Origin: a virus
DNA length: 64,000 nucleotides
IMG/VR virus record: IMGVR_UViG_3300008113_005797
Coordinates: 5,634-69,633 of that record
Reading direction: 5' to 3' (one strand)
In this document: in pieces, positions 48,135 through 57,118 of the stretch
Layout: each line of letters starts with the position of its first letter
Position numbering within the stretch: position 1 is the first letter of the stretch
Program-made: the position numbers and the translations under genes
Notes under the pieces: generated by a model
Database searches by the model: none
What the model was told of the DNA's origin: nothing
Seen by the model: only the letters and a program-made list of their open reading frames with translations

Positions 48135-49967
48135 CTAATTACCGTATTGAATGTATATGTCTCCTGCTGAATACGATCCAGCTGGTGCGTCTACAGAGGT
48201 TCCATAAACTATTTTATTTCTTGTATTCTCACTAGACGGATTATAATATCCACCTAACGTTACTGTAGACCCTAAATCAATTACTGTGCCGTTTATATTT
48301 ACAAATGAATTCTCTAGCTTATTGTTTTGAATTGTTCCAGCAAGCATTGAATTTGTAATAGCTGAGTCTGCAAATAAAACATTTGAGTTAGTAAAAGAAA
48401 CTGTTCCTGTAAATTCTGGATTGGAAAGTGGTGCATATAGAGATAGGTCAAGAGCTTGCCAGCTTAAGCTTGATCCATCTGTAAATAAATACTTATTACC
48501 ATTAAATAGTTGGTCTGGTAGTCCAGAAACTGCTGTCAGTCCAGAAACATTCACGCCAGTAAAGTCAATAGATCCTGTAAACTGTGGGCTATTTAAAGGT
48601 GCTTTTAAGTCTAAAGCATTGCTTACAGAAGTAGATATTGGCTTATCTAAATCTGACGTATCGTCTACATTTCCTAAACCTACGTGTGATTTTGTTACAC
48701 CAGATACGGTTCCAGTAAATGTAGGATTTGAAATTGGTGCATATGTTGTAGAAGCAATAGATGAATCTAGTTTTGTTCCAACCAGAGTAGTTAGAGCAGA
48801 TGCTGCTGATTCATCATTTGCTAGTTGAGCAGCTAATTCCCCAAGGGTGTCTAGTGATGAAGGTGCGGAATTAACAAGAGAAGCTACTGCTGAGGTTATG
48901 TCGGATGTTCTTGCAATGGAAGAAGATAGGAAAGAGTCTTCTATCTGTCCATTTACATTAAGTCCAGCAAACCCTCCAGCCACATTTCTGTCTGCCTCTA
49001 AAACGTAAGAATCGAGCTGGTTAGATAAACTTGAGCTTGAAATAAAATTCTCGGAAACTAATTGGTATAGGGTTTCCATAGAGTTGTTAACAAAAGTGGT
49101 TTGCGATGTAAGTGATGGCTGCAATGCTGTAACAGCTCTGGCATTTGTAAAATAAAGATTTGTACCTTCTGCTAGATCACTAGTTGTTTTGTTAGAAAGA
49201 GATACAGAAGAAACTGCAGAGGCTATGTCAGAAGCTACTGCGTTTTTAGCCCTTAAATCTGTAAAATAAAGATTTGTGCCTTCTGCAATCTGCGTCGTGG
49301 TGGTAGAATTAATAGCAGTATTTCTATTAACTACTTCATTTGAAATTGCAGTGTTTATTGCTGATTGCCTATCATCAGATTCTTGCTGTATTGCTAAAGA
49401 TATCTCTGCGGATCTTGCGCTTGCCTCTTGAGTAACTAAAGATGCGGCAATATCTGTCGCCGTAGATGAAGCCTCAGACAATATTTCTGATCTTGCCGCT
49501 GATACGACTGAGTCTGTATTAGAATTTGCGGAAGAAATGGCTTCTGATTTAGCGGTTGCAATAGCGGTATTTCTATTTGATACTTCTGAGGCTACAGCAT
49601 TTAATATTTCAGAAGAAGTTGCGGATATTGCTCTAGCGTTTGTAAAATATAAATTTGTTCCTTCTGGCAAATTGTCAGTTGTTTGAGTGCTAAATTTTGC
49701 ATCAACTAAAACCTGAACTTCTGCTGTTACTGACTCATAGTCTGGTACTTGAGATATAGGAATTTTTCCAGTGGAGCCAAGCTGGGCTACTCCATTTGGA
49801 GAACCTACTTTAAAAGCATAAAAAGACTGCTGGTTCCATCTAGAACCATTTCCTATTTTAAACTTATAGGTGTCTGTTTCGATACCTATCTCACCAGGTA
49901 AAAGAACTGGATTTACTGATGCCCAATTTGCTGCTGTATCTCTTCTGAAAAGAATTTTTGTTGCCAT
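48135..49967 (-). CDS. fibre protein with an Mtd/hyaluronidase-like N-terminus
   Basis: ILFRRDT..NPVLLPGEIGIETDT.KFKIGNG; three EGTNLYFT repeats; VGLGNVDDTSD. Confidence 0.75.
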   Translation of the reverse strand: MATKILFRRDTAANWASVNPVLLPGEIGIETDTYKFKIGNGSRWNQQSFYAFKVGSPNGVAQLGSTGKIPISQVPDYESVTAEVQVLVDAKFSTQTTDNLPEGTNLYFTNARAISATSSEILNAVASEVSNRNTAIATAKSEAISSANSNTDSVVSAARSEILSEASSTATDIAASLVTQEASARSAEISLAIQQESDDRQSAINTAISNEVVNRNTAINSTTTTQIAEGTNLYFTDLRAKNAVASDIASAVSSVSLSNKTTSDLAEGTNLYFTNARAVTALQPSLTSQTTFVNNSMETLYQLVSENFISSSSLSNQLDSYVLEADRNVAGGFAGLNVNGQIEDSFLSSSIARTSDITSAVASLVNSAPSSLDTLGELAAQLANDESAASALTTLVGTKLDSSIASTTYAPISNPTFTGTVSGVTKSHVGLGNVDDTSDLDKPISTSVSNALDLKAPLNSPQFTGSIDFTGVNVSGLTAVSGLPDQLFNGNKYLFTDGSSLSWQALDLSLYAPLSNPEFTGTVSFTNSNVLFADSAITNSMLAGTIQNNKLENSFVNINGTVIDLGSTVTLGGYYNPSSENTRNKIVYGTSVDAPAGSYSAGDIYIQYGN

Positions 49968-49970
49968 TTG

Positions 49971-50432
49971 TTATGCTCCTCCGAAATCAATTGTTTCTGA
50001 ATCTTCGTCTGAGGCGCCTCCTCCTTCTATTATTGTATAGTCTTCTTCTGGCTCTGGTATTGAATCTGGTGTTCCTCCGCTAAATAGTGTTAGCTGACTG
50101 TAGTCGGGATTAATGATATCGTCCTCTGGCCCTCCTCCAATTATACCTGCAACAATTGGCAAAGCCTCTTCTGGTCCAGAATTTTCGTTAAAGTTTTGAA
50201 AAGTAATTGGATTTCTAACGTCTACTGTATGTAGCCTTCCGTCAAATGCGTGTGTATGCTCATAAAATGGTGTTGGGTCGTCGCTTGGGGGTGTAAGCTC
50301 TAGCCAAACCTCTCCATTATATATTCGTAAATTTTTAGTGATTATATTAAAATAAATATCACCTTCACGAGCATTAGTTGGATCATCCTGTATTGTTAAC
50401 AGGTTTAGGGCAACTTTCATTTGACGAGACAT
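49971..50432 (-). CDS. acidic virion-associated protein
   Basis: GDIYFN...LRIYNGEVW motif. Confidence 0.6.
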   Translation of the reverse strand: MSRQMKVALNLLTIQDDPTNAREGDIYFNIITKNLRIYNGEVWLELTPPSDDPTPFYEHTHAFDGRLHTVDVRNPITFQNFNENSGPEEALPIVAGIIGGGPEDDIINPDYSQLTLFSGGTPDSIPEPEEDYTIIEGGGASDEDSETIDFGGA

Positions 50433-50436
50433 TATA

Positions 50437-51408
50437 TTATCCTACTACTATTACCTTGTATTGACCTGCTGTTGGTGCAACTGCAAAATCAATGGTTACG
50501 GTGTTTTCATTTGTTATTTTTACGTCTGCCTCTACTTGTGCAAAAGGAGATGCAGCTTCAAATATTTGAACAGTTACATCTGTTGTTCCAAGTGAATGTG
50601 TGACTGGGTGTGTGGTTGATGAGGAAGAAAGGACCTCTGCATATTTTCTTGCAATTGAATGATAGTTTGTACCATTATTAGTTAGGGTCCACTTGTCGGA
50701 TGTTTCGTTCCACAAAATTTCTACATCTGAAAGGTCTCCACGCTCAACCGTAATTCCAGCGTCAGTGGTTGGGACTCCTGTAAAATTGCTATTAAGTTTT
50801 ACCTTATTGTCTTCAATATTAATCTGGGTTGTATTTACAGAATTAACAGTTCCAATAACATTTAGGTTTCCGCCAACTTGTAGGTTACCAGTAATTTCAA
50901 CATTGTCTGGGAGCCCGATTGTAACTGCAGCATTGTGTCCGCTATTTGGACTTACTGTAATTTCATTTTCTGTTCCAGAAATTGTTGCTACATAGTCTCC
51001 AGTTGTTTGTGAATCAAGAGGAATTACTAGGTTTGTATCACTTGCTGAAGTAAGTCTTCCCTGTTGATCTACGGTAAATGTTGGAACCTTTGTAATTGAC
51101 CCATATGTTCCTGGGTTTACCGCTGTGTCGTCTAAATCAATTGTTGTGATGCCTGTAGAGTCGTCGTATGATCTTGTTAGTCCAACTCCACCCGCTACAT
51201 ATGTTCCTATAGCGTCTTGAATTACCTCTAATGATCCAGAAGTAGAAATCCACTCCGTACCATTCCAGAAGTACATGATATTATCGCCAGTATTATAGTA
51301 AACCTGACCTGAAACTGGGTTACTTGGTGCTGACCCTAGATTTTGAATTCTAGCATTGAGTAGCTCATTTTTGTTGAGATCAATACTAACTAAAAACTTT
51401 TTTGACAT
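50437..51408 (-). CDS. fibre/structural protein
   Basis: GQVYYNT, GTYGS..KVPTFTVDQQGRLT, C-terminal HSLGTTDV. Confidence 0.65.
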   Translation of the reverse strand: MSKKFLVSIDLNKNELLNARIQNLGSAPSNPVSGQVYYNTGDNIMYFWNGTEWISTSGSLEVIQDAIGTYVAGGVGLTRSYDDSTGITTIDLDDTAVNPGTYGSITKVPTFTVDQQGRLTSASDTNLVIPLDSQTTGDYVATISGTENEITVSPNSGHNAAVTIGLPDNVEITGNLQVGGNLNVIGTVNSVNTTQINIEDNKVKLNSNFTGVPTTDAGITVERGDLSDVEILWNETSDKWTLTNNGTNYHSIARKYAEVLSSSSTTHPVTHSLGTTDVTVQIFEAASPFAQVEADVKITNENTVTIDFAVAPTAGQYKVIVVG

Positions 51409-51420
51409 TGTCTTTCCCCC

Positions 51421-51861
51421 TTATGACAGATATGCTGTCCCTGAAAATGGCTGTGCCATAGTCAGCGTTATTGTGTTTACATTGTTGTAGTCTATACCTG
51501 TTTCAAGTATATCCCCTGCACTCGATTTTATTGTTACATTTGGATGATACCCAAGGTTATGATTTATTTCTAAAGAATATATTCCTGAAACTGGACCTGT
51601 AAGTTGAGCCAGCTCCCAAGAATAAGATAGTGTGTTTGCTGTTAAAGTTATAACCTTTGCATCTTGCCATGTTGTGTCTGAGAGTTTCGGTCCATAAAAT
51701 TTAGACAAAATTGAGTCATAGTAAAAATCTCCTTCTAGTCCTAAATTATTTGAAGGAGCTCCAGTACCACTTAAAATGCTTTTTCCCCTAGGGCCTTGCG
51801 GTCCTGGGGTTGATACTATTACATCATTTTTTACTTCGGTTACGACTACTGTTTGTGTCAT
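51421..51861 (-). CDS. structural protein with a short collagen motif
   Basis: PGPQGPRG, GDFY, HNLGYHPNV...PFSGTAYL. Confidence 0.65.
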   Translation of the reverse strand: MTQTVVVTEVKNDVIVSTPGPQGPRGKSILSGTGAPSNNLGLEGDFYYDSILSKFYGPKLSDTTWQDAKVITLTANTLSYSWELAQLTGPVSGIYSLEINHNLGYHPNVTIKSSAGDILETGIDYNNVNTITLTMAQPFSGTAYLS

Positions 51862-52208
51862 TATATGGTTACCGATCTATTGAGCGTCATAAAGCCCTCA
51901 AGGAGTTTTATTTTGTTCCCATTAGAATCGACAACCATAACGTCATAAGATGACTTAGGATAAAAAAGTTTGTTTGTTTGAGTTGGTGTCATTTTTATAG
52001 TTAATTTTCCATTTGGTTGGTCAATTACTATTCCACCAGAAGGTGATGTTAATGTTACGGCTAGTTTTGTGCCGCCCTTTGCATCACGAACTTGCATCTT
52101 TGCAGATGCTCCCGTTAAATCAATTGCGTTTCCATCATTATCCTTGTAATCTAATACAAAGGTAAATGTTGCATTTTGATCTACTTCAAAGTTCTTTTGT
52201 CCTGCCAT
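51861..52208 (-). CDS. BppU-N-like structural protein
   Basis: DQNATF...IDLTGASAKMQVR...YDV...LLEG. Confidence 0.65.
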   Translation of the reverse strand: MAGQKNFEVDQNATFTFVLDYKDNDGNAIDLTGASAKMQVRDAKGGTKLAVTLTSPSGGIVIDQPNGKLTIKMTPTQTNKLFYPKSSYDVMVVDSNGNKIKLLEGFMTLNRSVTI

Positions 52209-52229
52209 TTGCCATAGTCTCCTAATTAG

Positions 52230-52265
52230 GAATACTCCTGTACTAATTTTAGCACAGGAGTATTC
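52230..52265. repeat. long inverted repeat enclosing an extended -10 element
   Basis: GAATACTCCTGT-N12-ACAGGAGTATTC; TGCTAAAAT lies inside it on the minus strand. Confidence 0.7.
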
Positions 52266-52286
52266 TTAATTGACTATTTTATTACT

Positions 52287-52511
52287 TTACTTAGTGGTGA
52301 ATCCAAAAGACTTTTCGTTTGGATTTAGCGCCTTTAATATTACTGGTGCTGTTGCTGCAAATCCGCCCATCAATAGGTCTCTTGGGCTCGTATTTCCTGT
52401 CATATATAGGGCAATTGCTGCTCCTAGGAAGTGACGTCCGTAACTTGCTAACGCTGCTAGAATTTTTTCTTGCATTGTTACCTTTCCATCATTATTTAGA
52501 TCTTGTTTCAT
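52287..52511 (-). CDS. putative holin
   Basis: 74 aa with two hydrophobic segments and a LNPNEKSFG tail; GGAGGA RBS. Confidence 0.6.
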   Translation of the reverse strand: MKQDLNNDGKVTMQEKILAALASYGRHFLGAAIALYMTGNTSPRDLLMGGFAATAPVILKALNPNEKSFGFTTK

Positions 52512-52581
52512 AAGATCCTCCTTTTCGCTAGGCACTCTGCCCAGGAATTTTGGGTTTTACCCCAATTCTATAATTGTACCA

Positions 52582-54516
52582 CTATGCACTAATATCTACC
52601 AGTTCGCAGTTTCCATCTGAGCTACAGGCGAGGGTAGCATTTGTAGAAGTTCCATCTTCTGTTTCGTAAAAAGAAAGATCTTCCCATCGAATGTTTTTAG
52701 GCATTTTTTCTACAAGAGCGTCATAGTCTTCTTTTGATACTTCTTGATATGGGGCCTGCTTGTATGTGTGTTCTGAGTGGGGAAGAAATGAAATTCCAGA
52801 AACTTCATCAAAGTTTTTGTATACCCAAGCTCCAACTTCCATCCATTCATCTTCTTTGACTGATACTGTAATTGATGGCTTATGCTCACACCAAGCACGT
52901 TGGTATACCAGCCAAATATTAAGGTGGTCAATAGCAGTAAGATCGTTTCTAACAATTGCACCTTCTGGTGCTTTTACTGGAAATGAAAACACATAGGTGT
53001 CATTTGGCTTCATGACATCATCTTCTACTGGGATTCCGACTTCCTTTAAAAATGTAGAAATTGGATCTCCTTTTGAGCCACGAACTGTACGAATGTAATA
53101 TGGTGAATGCCATGGATGCATTCCTGAAGATACCCCGACCAATTGAGACACTGTTCCAGAAGGCTTTACACAAGTAATAGCTGCAGACTCAGGAATCCCA
53201 ATTTTCCTAGCCTCTTCTTGATTAACTTCTCTTGCTTTTTCACGAAGAGTCATCAAAAAAGCCTCTAGTGCTACAAGATCTTCTTTGCCAGACATGAACT
53301 TGTGCCCAAACTGCCCAGTTAAGGAAACTCCAAGCAATCTTTCTTCTTCTGTGTTGTCTTTCCAAATTTTACGAAGGTACTTAAAGTCTGTTAGTGTTGA
53401 TTGCCACGTACCAAGAATTGTTGCAAGCTCAACTTTACGCTGAATATCTTTTTTTGTATCGTTTTCACGTAATACGACTTCTGAAAGATTACAAAACTGG
53501 TAAGGACGTAAAATAATTTCTGAGCATGGGTTAGTTCCGTAGTGTATATCTGGATCTCTTCTACCAAACTTGGCTGCTTGGGCTTGAGCTGCGGCCACAT
53601 TGTATATACCTCGTTCTCCTGACTTCGAGTCATATAAAGATTTCCATTCTGCAATAAATTGCTCCATCTCTGGTTTGCGTGAATAGGCAACAGAGTTATT
53701 AGATAAAGCACGTTGTGGACTTTGCTCCCACCAATTACCTGACTTTGCTTGTGCCATCTCAATATCATTTATATTAGACAAAGAAATCATTGCGGAACGT
53801 CTGACTCCACCTACCACCACAACTTCACCAATCTTACACATAATGTCATGACATTCGATTGGCTTAAGATTTCTTCCAACGGCATTTTTAAATTTAGAAA
53901 TAGTAAAATCAAAAAGATTTACCAATGGCTGTGGTCCAGATGATCTTCCACCCATTGTTTTAAGTCTTGCGCCCGCAGGGCGAACCTTTGAAACATCAAT
54001 TGCTGGAATATGTCCAGTCCATAGAAGTGCAAGAAGTTCTCTGTATGCTTTTGCCCACCCTTGCTTTGAATCTTCTACTACAATAACTGTATCTGATTTT
54101 TCTAGTTTTTCTGGGACGGAGGGAAGCTTGTTAATATACTTATACTCTACTGAAAACCCAACACCTGTTCCGCACATAAGAACATACATTGTTTCATCAA
54201 ATGATCTTGGTGAATCGACTGGAAGAAATGCACAATTGTATCCAGCTACGTTGTCTCTTTCAAGCGCCGCTCCAGAAGTCATAACAGATCTCATAGAAGG
54301 CATAACATTTCGTTTAAACACAAACTCTTTTAGTTCCGCAACTAGTTTTTCACTTGGAACATAATTGTGATTTTCTTTTAAATGATTAGTCATAAAAGAA
54401 AAATATCTATCTACTGTTTCTCCCCATGTTTCTCTGCGACCTTCTGCTTCTACCCATTTTGCATATCTAGATAAAGCAATAAAATTTTCATAAGGATTTT
54501 CAATAGTTTGTGACAT
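52582..54516 (-). CDS. nrdJ: class II (B12-dependent) ribonucleoside-triphosphate reductase
   Basis: RYAKW..RRETW.ETV.R, YNC, GTGVGFS, TNPCSEI, CNLSE, TCVKPSGT, C-terminal CxxxxxC. Confidence 0.93.
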   Translation of the reverse strand: MSQTIENPYENFIALSRYAKWVEAEGRRETWGETVDRYFSFMTNHLKENHNYVPSEKLVAELKEFVFKRNVMPSMRSVMTSGAALERDNVAGYNCAFLPVDSPRSFDETMYVLMCGTGVGFSVEYKYINKLPSVPEKLEKSDTVIVVEDSKQGWAKAYRELLALLWTGHIPAIDVSKVRPAGARLKTMGGRSSGPQPLVNLFDFTISKFKNAVGRNLKPIECHDIMCKIGEVVVVGGVRRSAMISLSNINDIEMAQAKSGNWWEQSPQRALSNNSVAYSRKPEMEQFIAEWKSLYDSKSGERGIYNVAAAQAQAAKFGRRDPDIHYGTNPCSEIILRPYQFCNLSEVVLRENDTKKDIQRKVELATILGTWQSTLTDFKYLRKIWKDNTEEERLLGVSLTGQFGHKFMSGKEDLVALEAFLMTLREKAREVNQEEARKIGIPESAAITCVKPSGTVSQLVGVSSGMHPWHSPYYIRTVRGSKGDPISTFLKEVGIPVEDDVMKPNDTYVFSFPVKAPEGAIVRNDLTAIDHLNIWLVYQRAWCEHKPSITVSVKEDEWMEVGAWVYKNFDEVSGISFLPHSEHTYKQAPYQEVSKEDYDALVEKMPKNIRWEDLSFYETEDGTSTNATLACSSDGNCELVDISA

Positions 54517-54631
54517 TTGTTATACGACCTTTTCTCCGCCTTGCGGTGCTAATTTTGAATGAAGTCCAAGTGTATCAAACTTTTATTTAGCGGTCTACCC
54601 CTTAAAATATTTTATTTATTTTAGTTGACTG

Positions 54632-54663
54632 ACTTGACACATTTATGTAATTAATGCTATTCT
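54632..54663 (+). promoter_or_regulatory. sigma70 promoter for the lysozyme-like gene
   Basis: TTGACA followed by TGC-TATTCT. Confidence 0.55.
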
Positions 54664-54690
54664 TGTAGTTCGTTATCTCTATAGGAGGAA

Positions 54691-55242
54691 ATGCCAATGG
54701 AGAATATAAAAACGCAGTTTAGCGATTTGGTTCGTGACTGGACAGTAATAGCAGTTACAACACTGTTTTTGTTCGGAGCTCAGCCAGCTAGTGCTTTAAC
54801 TGTAGTAAAACCTTTAGTGAAAACTGAAGCCCAATTAAAGCAAGAAGTCTTAGATAGTTTTAGTAAAGAGATTTACAAGCCATCTGAGATGCTTACAGAC
54901 GAAGAGTTGGTAACACTACTTAAGGCTGTAGGATTCGAAGGGCTAGGCCTTAAACAAGCTTGGTCAATAGCAAAGCGTGAATCTAATGGAAGACCGCTTG
55001 CATATAACGGGAATAGGAATACAGGAGACAGTTCTTACGGATTGTTTCAAATAAATATGATTGGAAATCTTGGTCCTGAAAGACTTGAGAAATTTGATCT
55101 AGAGAGTAACAAGGAGTTATTCGACCCAGTAACAAACGCAGAGATAACGTATTATATGACCAAGGGCGGAAGTGATTGGTCAGCTTGGAAGGGTATGACC
55201 CCAAGAGCTAAGGAATTTTTATTAAAATTTCCGACAGAGTAA
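54691..55242 (+). CDS. lysozyme-like/SLT transglycosylase with an N-terminal signal or TM segment
   Basis: AKRES.G, SYGLFQIN, LFDPVTNA, DWSAW. Confidence 0.85.
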   Translation: MPMENIKTQFSDLVRDWTVIAVTTLFLFGAQPASALTVVKPLVKTEAQLKQEVLDSFSKEIYKPSEMLTDEELVTLLKAVGFEGLGLKQAWSIAKRESNGRPLAYNGNRNTGDSSYGLFQINMIGNLGPERLEKFDLESNKELFDPVTNAEITYYMTKGGSDWSAWKGMTPRAKEFLLKFPTE

Positions 55243-55252
55243 AGGAGATGTA

Positions 55253-55483
55253 ATGAAGATACAGTATGTATCGACTTACATCTCTATGTCAAAAGAGGGA
55301 TTGGTTGAAAAGTTTTTATGCCCAGTAGACCAATCTCTTCTTTTTTCTAATCAAGATATAGAAGAAAATATATTTTTATATTGCTTATCTTGTAAATATA
55401 AAAAAAACATTGGTTTTAATACTTACAAAGATATAGTAAAATTAGTAGAAGGGCAGTTAAAAAATGGCAGATTGTCAAAATAA
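55253..55483 (+). CDS. small Cys-rich hypothetical protein
   Basis: CPVD...CLSC; AAGGAG RBS. Confidence 0.7.
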   Translation: MKIQYVSTYISMSKEGLVEKFLCPVDQSLLFSNQDIEENIFLYCLSCKYKKNIGFNTYKDIVKLVEGQLKNGRLSK

Positions 55484-55560
55484 TTGCACCTGCAAAGTAG
55501 AAACAGAATCTGCACCCGTAATAATTACAGATGCAATGGGCAGAGAGGTTTTTTGGCTAG

Positions 55561-55779
55561 ATGCAGGAAGACCAGAACAACAATAACGATTCAACAAATT
55601 TAGAAGACAATCTTCCTATGGTAAGCTATATAATGCTTCACAGAATATATGATCTTCTAACTTTAATTGCTAGCAAGGTTGCTGGCAGTGAGGATACTTC
55701 TAAAATGGTAGAGTATCATCAGGCGGGGTACTTGCTTGGACCAATGCCTTCATATAATCCAGGAGAACAAAATGAATAG
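55561..55779 (+). CDS. hypothetical protein
   Basis: 72-aa ORF within the operon. Confidence 0.7.
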   Translation: MQEDQNNNNDSTNLEDNLPMVSYIMLHRIYDLLTLIASKVAGSEDTSKMVEYHQAGYLLGPMPSYNPGEQNE

Positions 55780-55963
55780 ACAAGAAACTCTAGACGTGTG
55801 CCTAAAAAGTGTGGTAGAGACAATGACAGACCTTTATTCTAGGGCTGGTGTTTCTGAAGCCGACAAATCGTCTTATCTAGAACAGGGAAATGAATCATTT
55901 AAAATAATTGCAATCAATATTTATGAAAAACTTGTTGAGGTTGGTGTAATTACAAATGACTAA
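55772..55963 (+). CDS. hypothetical protein
   Basis: Start at MNRQE after AGGAG. Confidence 0.65.
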   Translation: MNRQETLDVCLKSVVETMTDLYSRAGVSEADKSSYLEQGNESFKIIAINIYEKLVEVGVITND

Positions 55964-56162
55964 ATATATATATGAACCCATTACAGAAGTAGTTTTAGAA
56001 ACCTTTAAATTAAATGCAAATGGTCTAGACAGATCAGAAGAATTTCCTAATGGCTTAACAGCAAAACTTATTGTTACTGCAAACTCTGAAGAAGAGTGTC
56101 TTGCTATTAGAGGTATGGTTACACACCATCCAAGCTGGAGATTAATAGGGACAGAAGAATAA
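55956..56162 (+). CDS. hypothetical protein
   Basis: 68-aa coupled ORF. Confidence 0.65.
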   Translation: MTKYIYEPITEVVLETFKLNANGLDRSEEFPNGLTAKLIVTANSEEECLAIRGMVTHHPSWRLIGTEE

Positions 56163-56163
56163 A

Positions 56164-56787
56164 TTGGAGTCTTCCGTTTCAAGATGGGTCGATGATTTAA
56201 AGTTTGTAGAGTTAAACGACGAATTAAACAAAAAAGCTCAAATGCAAAATGATGTCAAAGACCCATACTTTGCCAGACTATATGTACTTAGACAGTTAGC
56301 AGAGCAACAATCTCATTTAAATGAAAATTTTGCTGAGTGCGGTGTTTATGCTGGAATGTCTATGTATTTTGTTGAAGATTTATGTACAAAAAGATTTATT
56401 GGAATAGATTCCTTTGAAGGTGTTTCTGAACCTGGTGAATTTGATACCGATTATTTTAAAAAAGTTAAACTAGATATACCGATTGATAGAGCTAACTTAA
56501 TTTTAAAAGGAATGAGGTCTCCAGAGCTATACAAAGGGTGGGTTCCAGAAATATTTAAAGAAATTGATGAAATGAAATATTCTTATGTTCATATTGATGT
56601 TGATTTATATGAGCCAACAAAAGAATCTATTGACTACTTTTGGCCTAAGATGGTTTATGGTGGAGTGCTAATTTGTGACGACTATGGATCCTATAAAACT
56701 ATAGGGGCAAGAAAAGCAATGGATGATTTTTTTGGTAAAAAAAATATATTAGAGTTGCCTACTGGTCAAGGAATTATATGGAAATAG
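56164..56787 (+). CDS. TylF/MycF-like SAM-dependent O-methyltransferase
   Basis: AECGVYAG, DSFEG, HIDVDLYE, GGVLICDDY. Confidence 0.85.
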   Translation: MESSVSRWVDDLKFVELNDELNKKAQMQNDVKDPYFARLYVLRQLAEQQSHLNENFAECGVYAGMSMYFVEDLCTKRFIGIDSFEGVSEPGEFDTDYFKKVKLDIPIDRANLILKGMRSPELYKGWVPEIFKEIDEMKYSYVHIDVDLYEPTKESIDYFWPKMVYGGVLICDDYGSYKTIGARKAMDDFFGKKNILELPTGQGIIWK

Positions 56788-56790
56788 TGC

Positions 56791-56819
56791 TTGACTTAAG
56801 AACCTATTAAATATACACT
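56791..56819 (+). promoter_or_regulatory. sigma70 promoter
   Basis: TTGACT-17-TACACT. Confidence 0.7.
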
Positions 56820-56826
56820 TAACTTT

Positions 56827-56904
56827 CAGGTTGAGTAGCAATACTCCCTGTTAGAGCGCAAGCTCTTAAACCCCCAATCGGATCCGCCTCCAATTGGGGG
56901 TTTT
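56827..56904 (+). ncRNA. candidate small structured RNA (three hairpins)
   Basis: Two GCAA-tetraloop hairpins and a terminator-like hairpin directly downstream of a promoter; no ORF. Confidence 0.6.
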
Positions 56905-56956
56905 CTAATTTTTAGTGGTATAATTAATTATATAAATGTTATAAGAGGAGATCAAA

Positions 56957-57118
56957 ATGGCAAGAGATCACTTTTCACAAATTATGAGAAGTCCTTATTT
57001 TCAATCTGATCACTATAGAAATGAGTTCCCAGCGGGAATAAAAGAAAGATTATTTTTTGAAAAAGTAGACAATTTTTTTGCAAGAATAAAGTTTTGGAAA
57101 AGGAAAAAAAATGTTTAA
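56957..57118 (+). CDS. hypothetical protein (53 aa)
   Basis: Translated by hand: MARDHFSQIMRSPYF...; GAGGAG RBS and TGGTATAAT upstream. Confidence 0.65.
   Translation: MARDHFSQIMRSPYFQSDHYRNEFPAGIKERLFFEKVDNFFARIKFWKRKKNV

Noticed and set aside
3660-54364. Numerous plus-strand ORFs antisense to structural genes (e.g. 4380..4865, 14063..14575, 25488..26150, 31046..31687)
   Set aside because: They are fully overlapped by well-supported minus-strand genes and are typical antisense shadows.
54517-54690. Cobalamin riboswitch upstream of nrdJ
   Set aside because: The intergenic region is short and AT-rich with divergent promoters, and no B12-box is recognisable.
54691-55242. Resuscitation-promoting factor (Rpf)
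   Set aside because: It has a lysozyme-like ES/GLFQ core but lacks the Rpf W..A.CESGG signature, so it is left as generic SLT-like.
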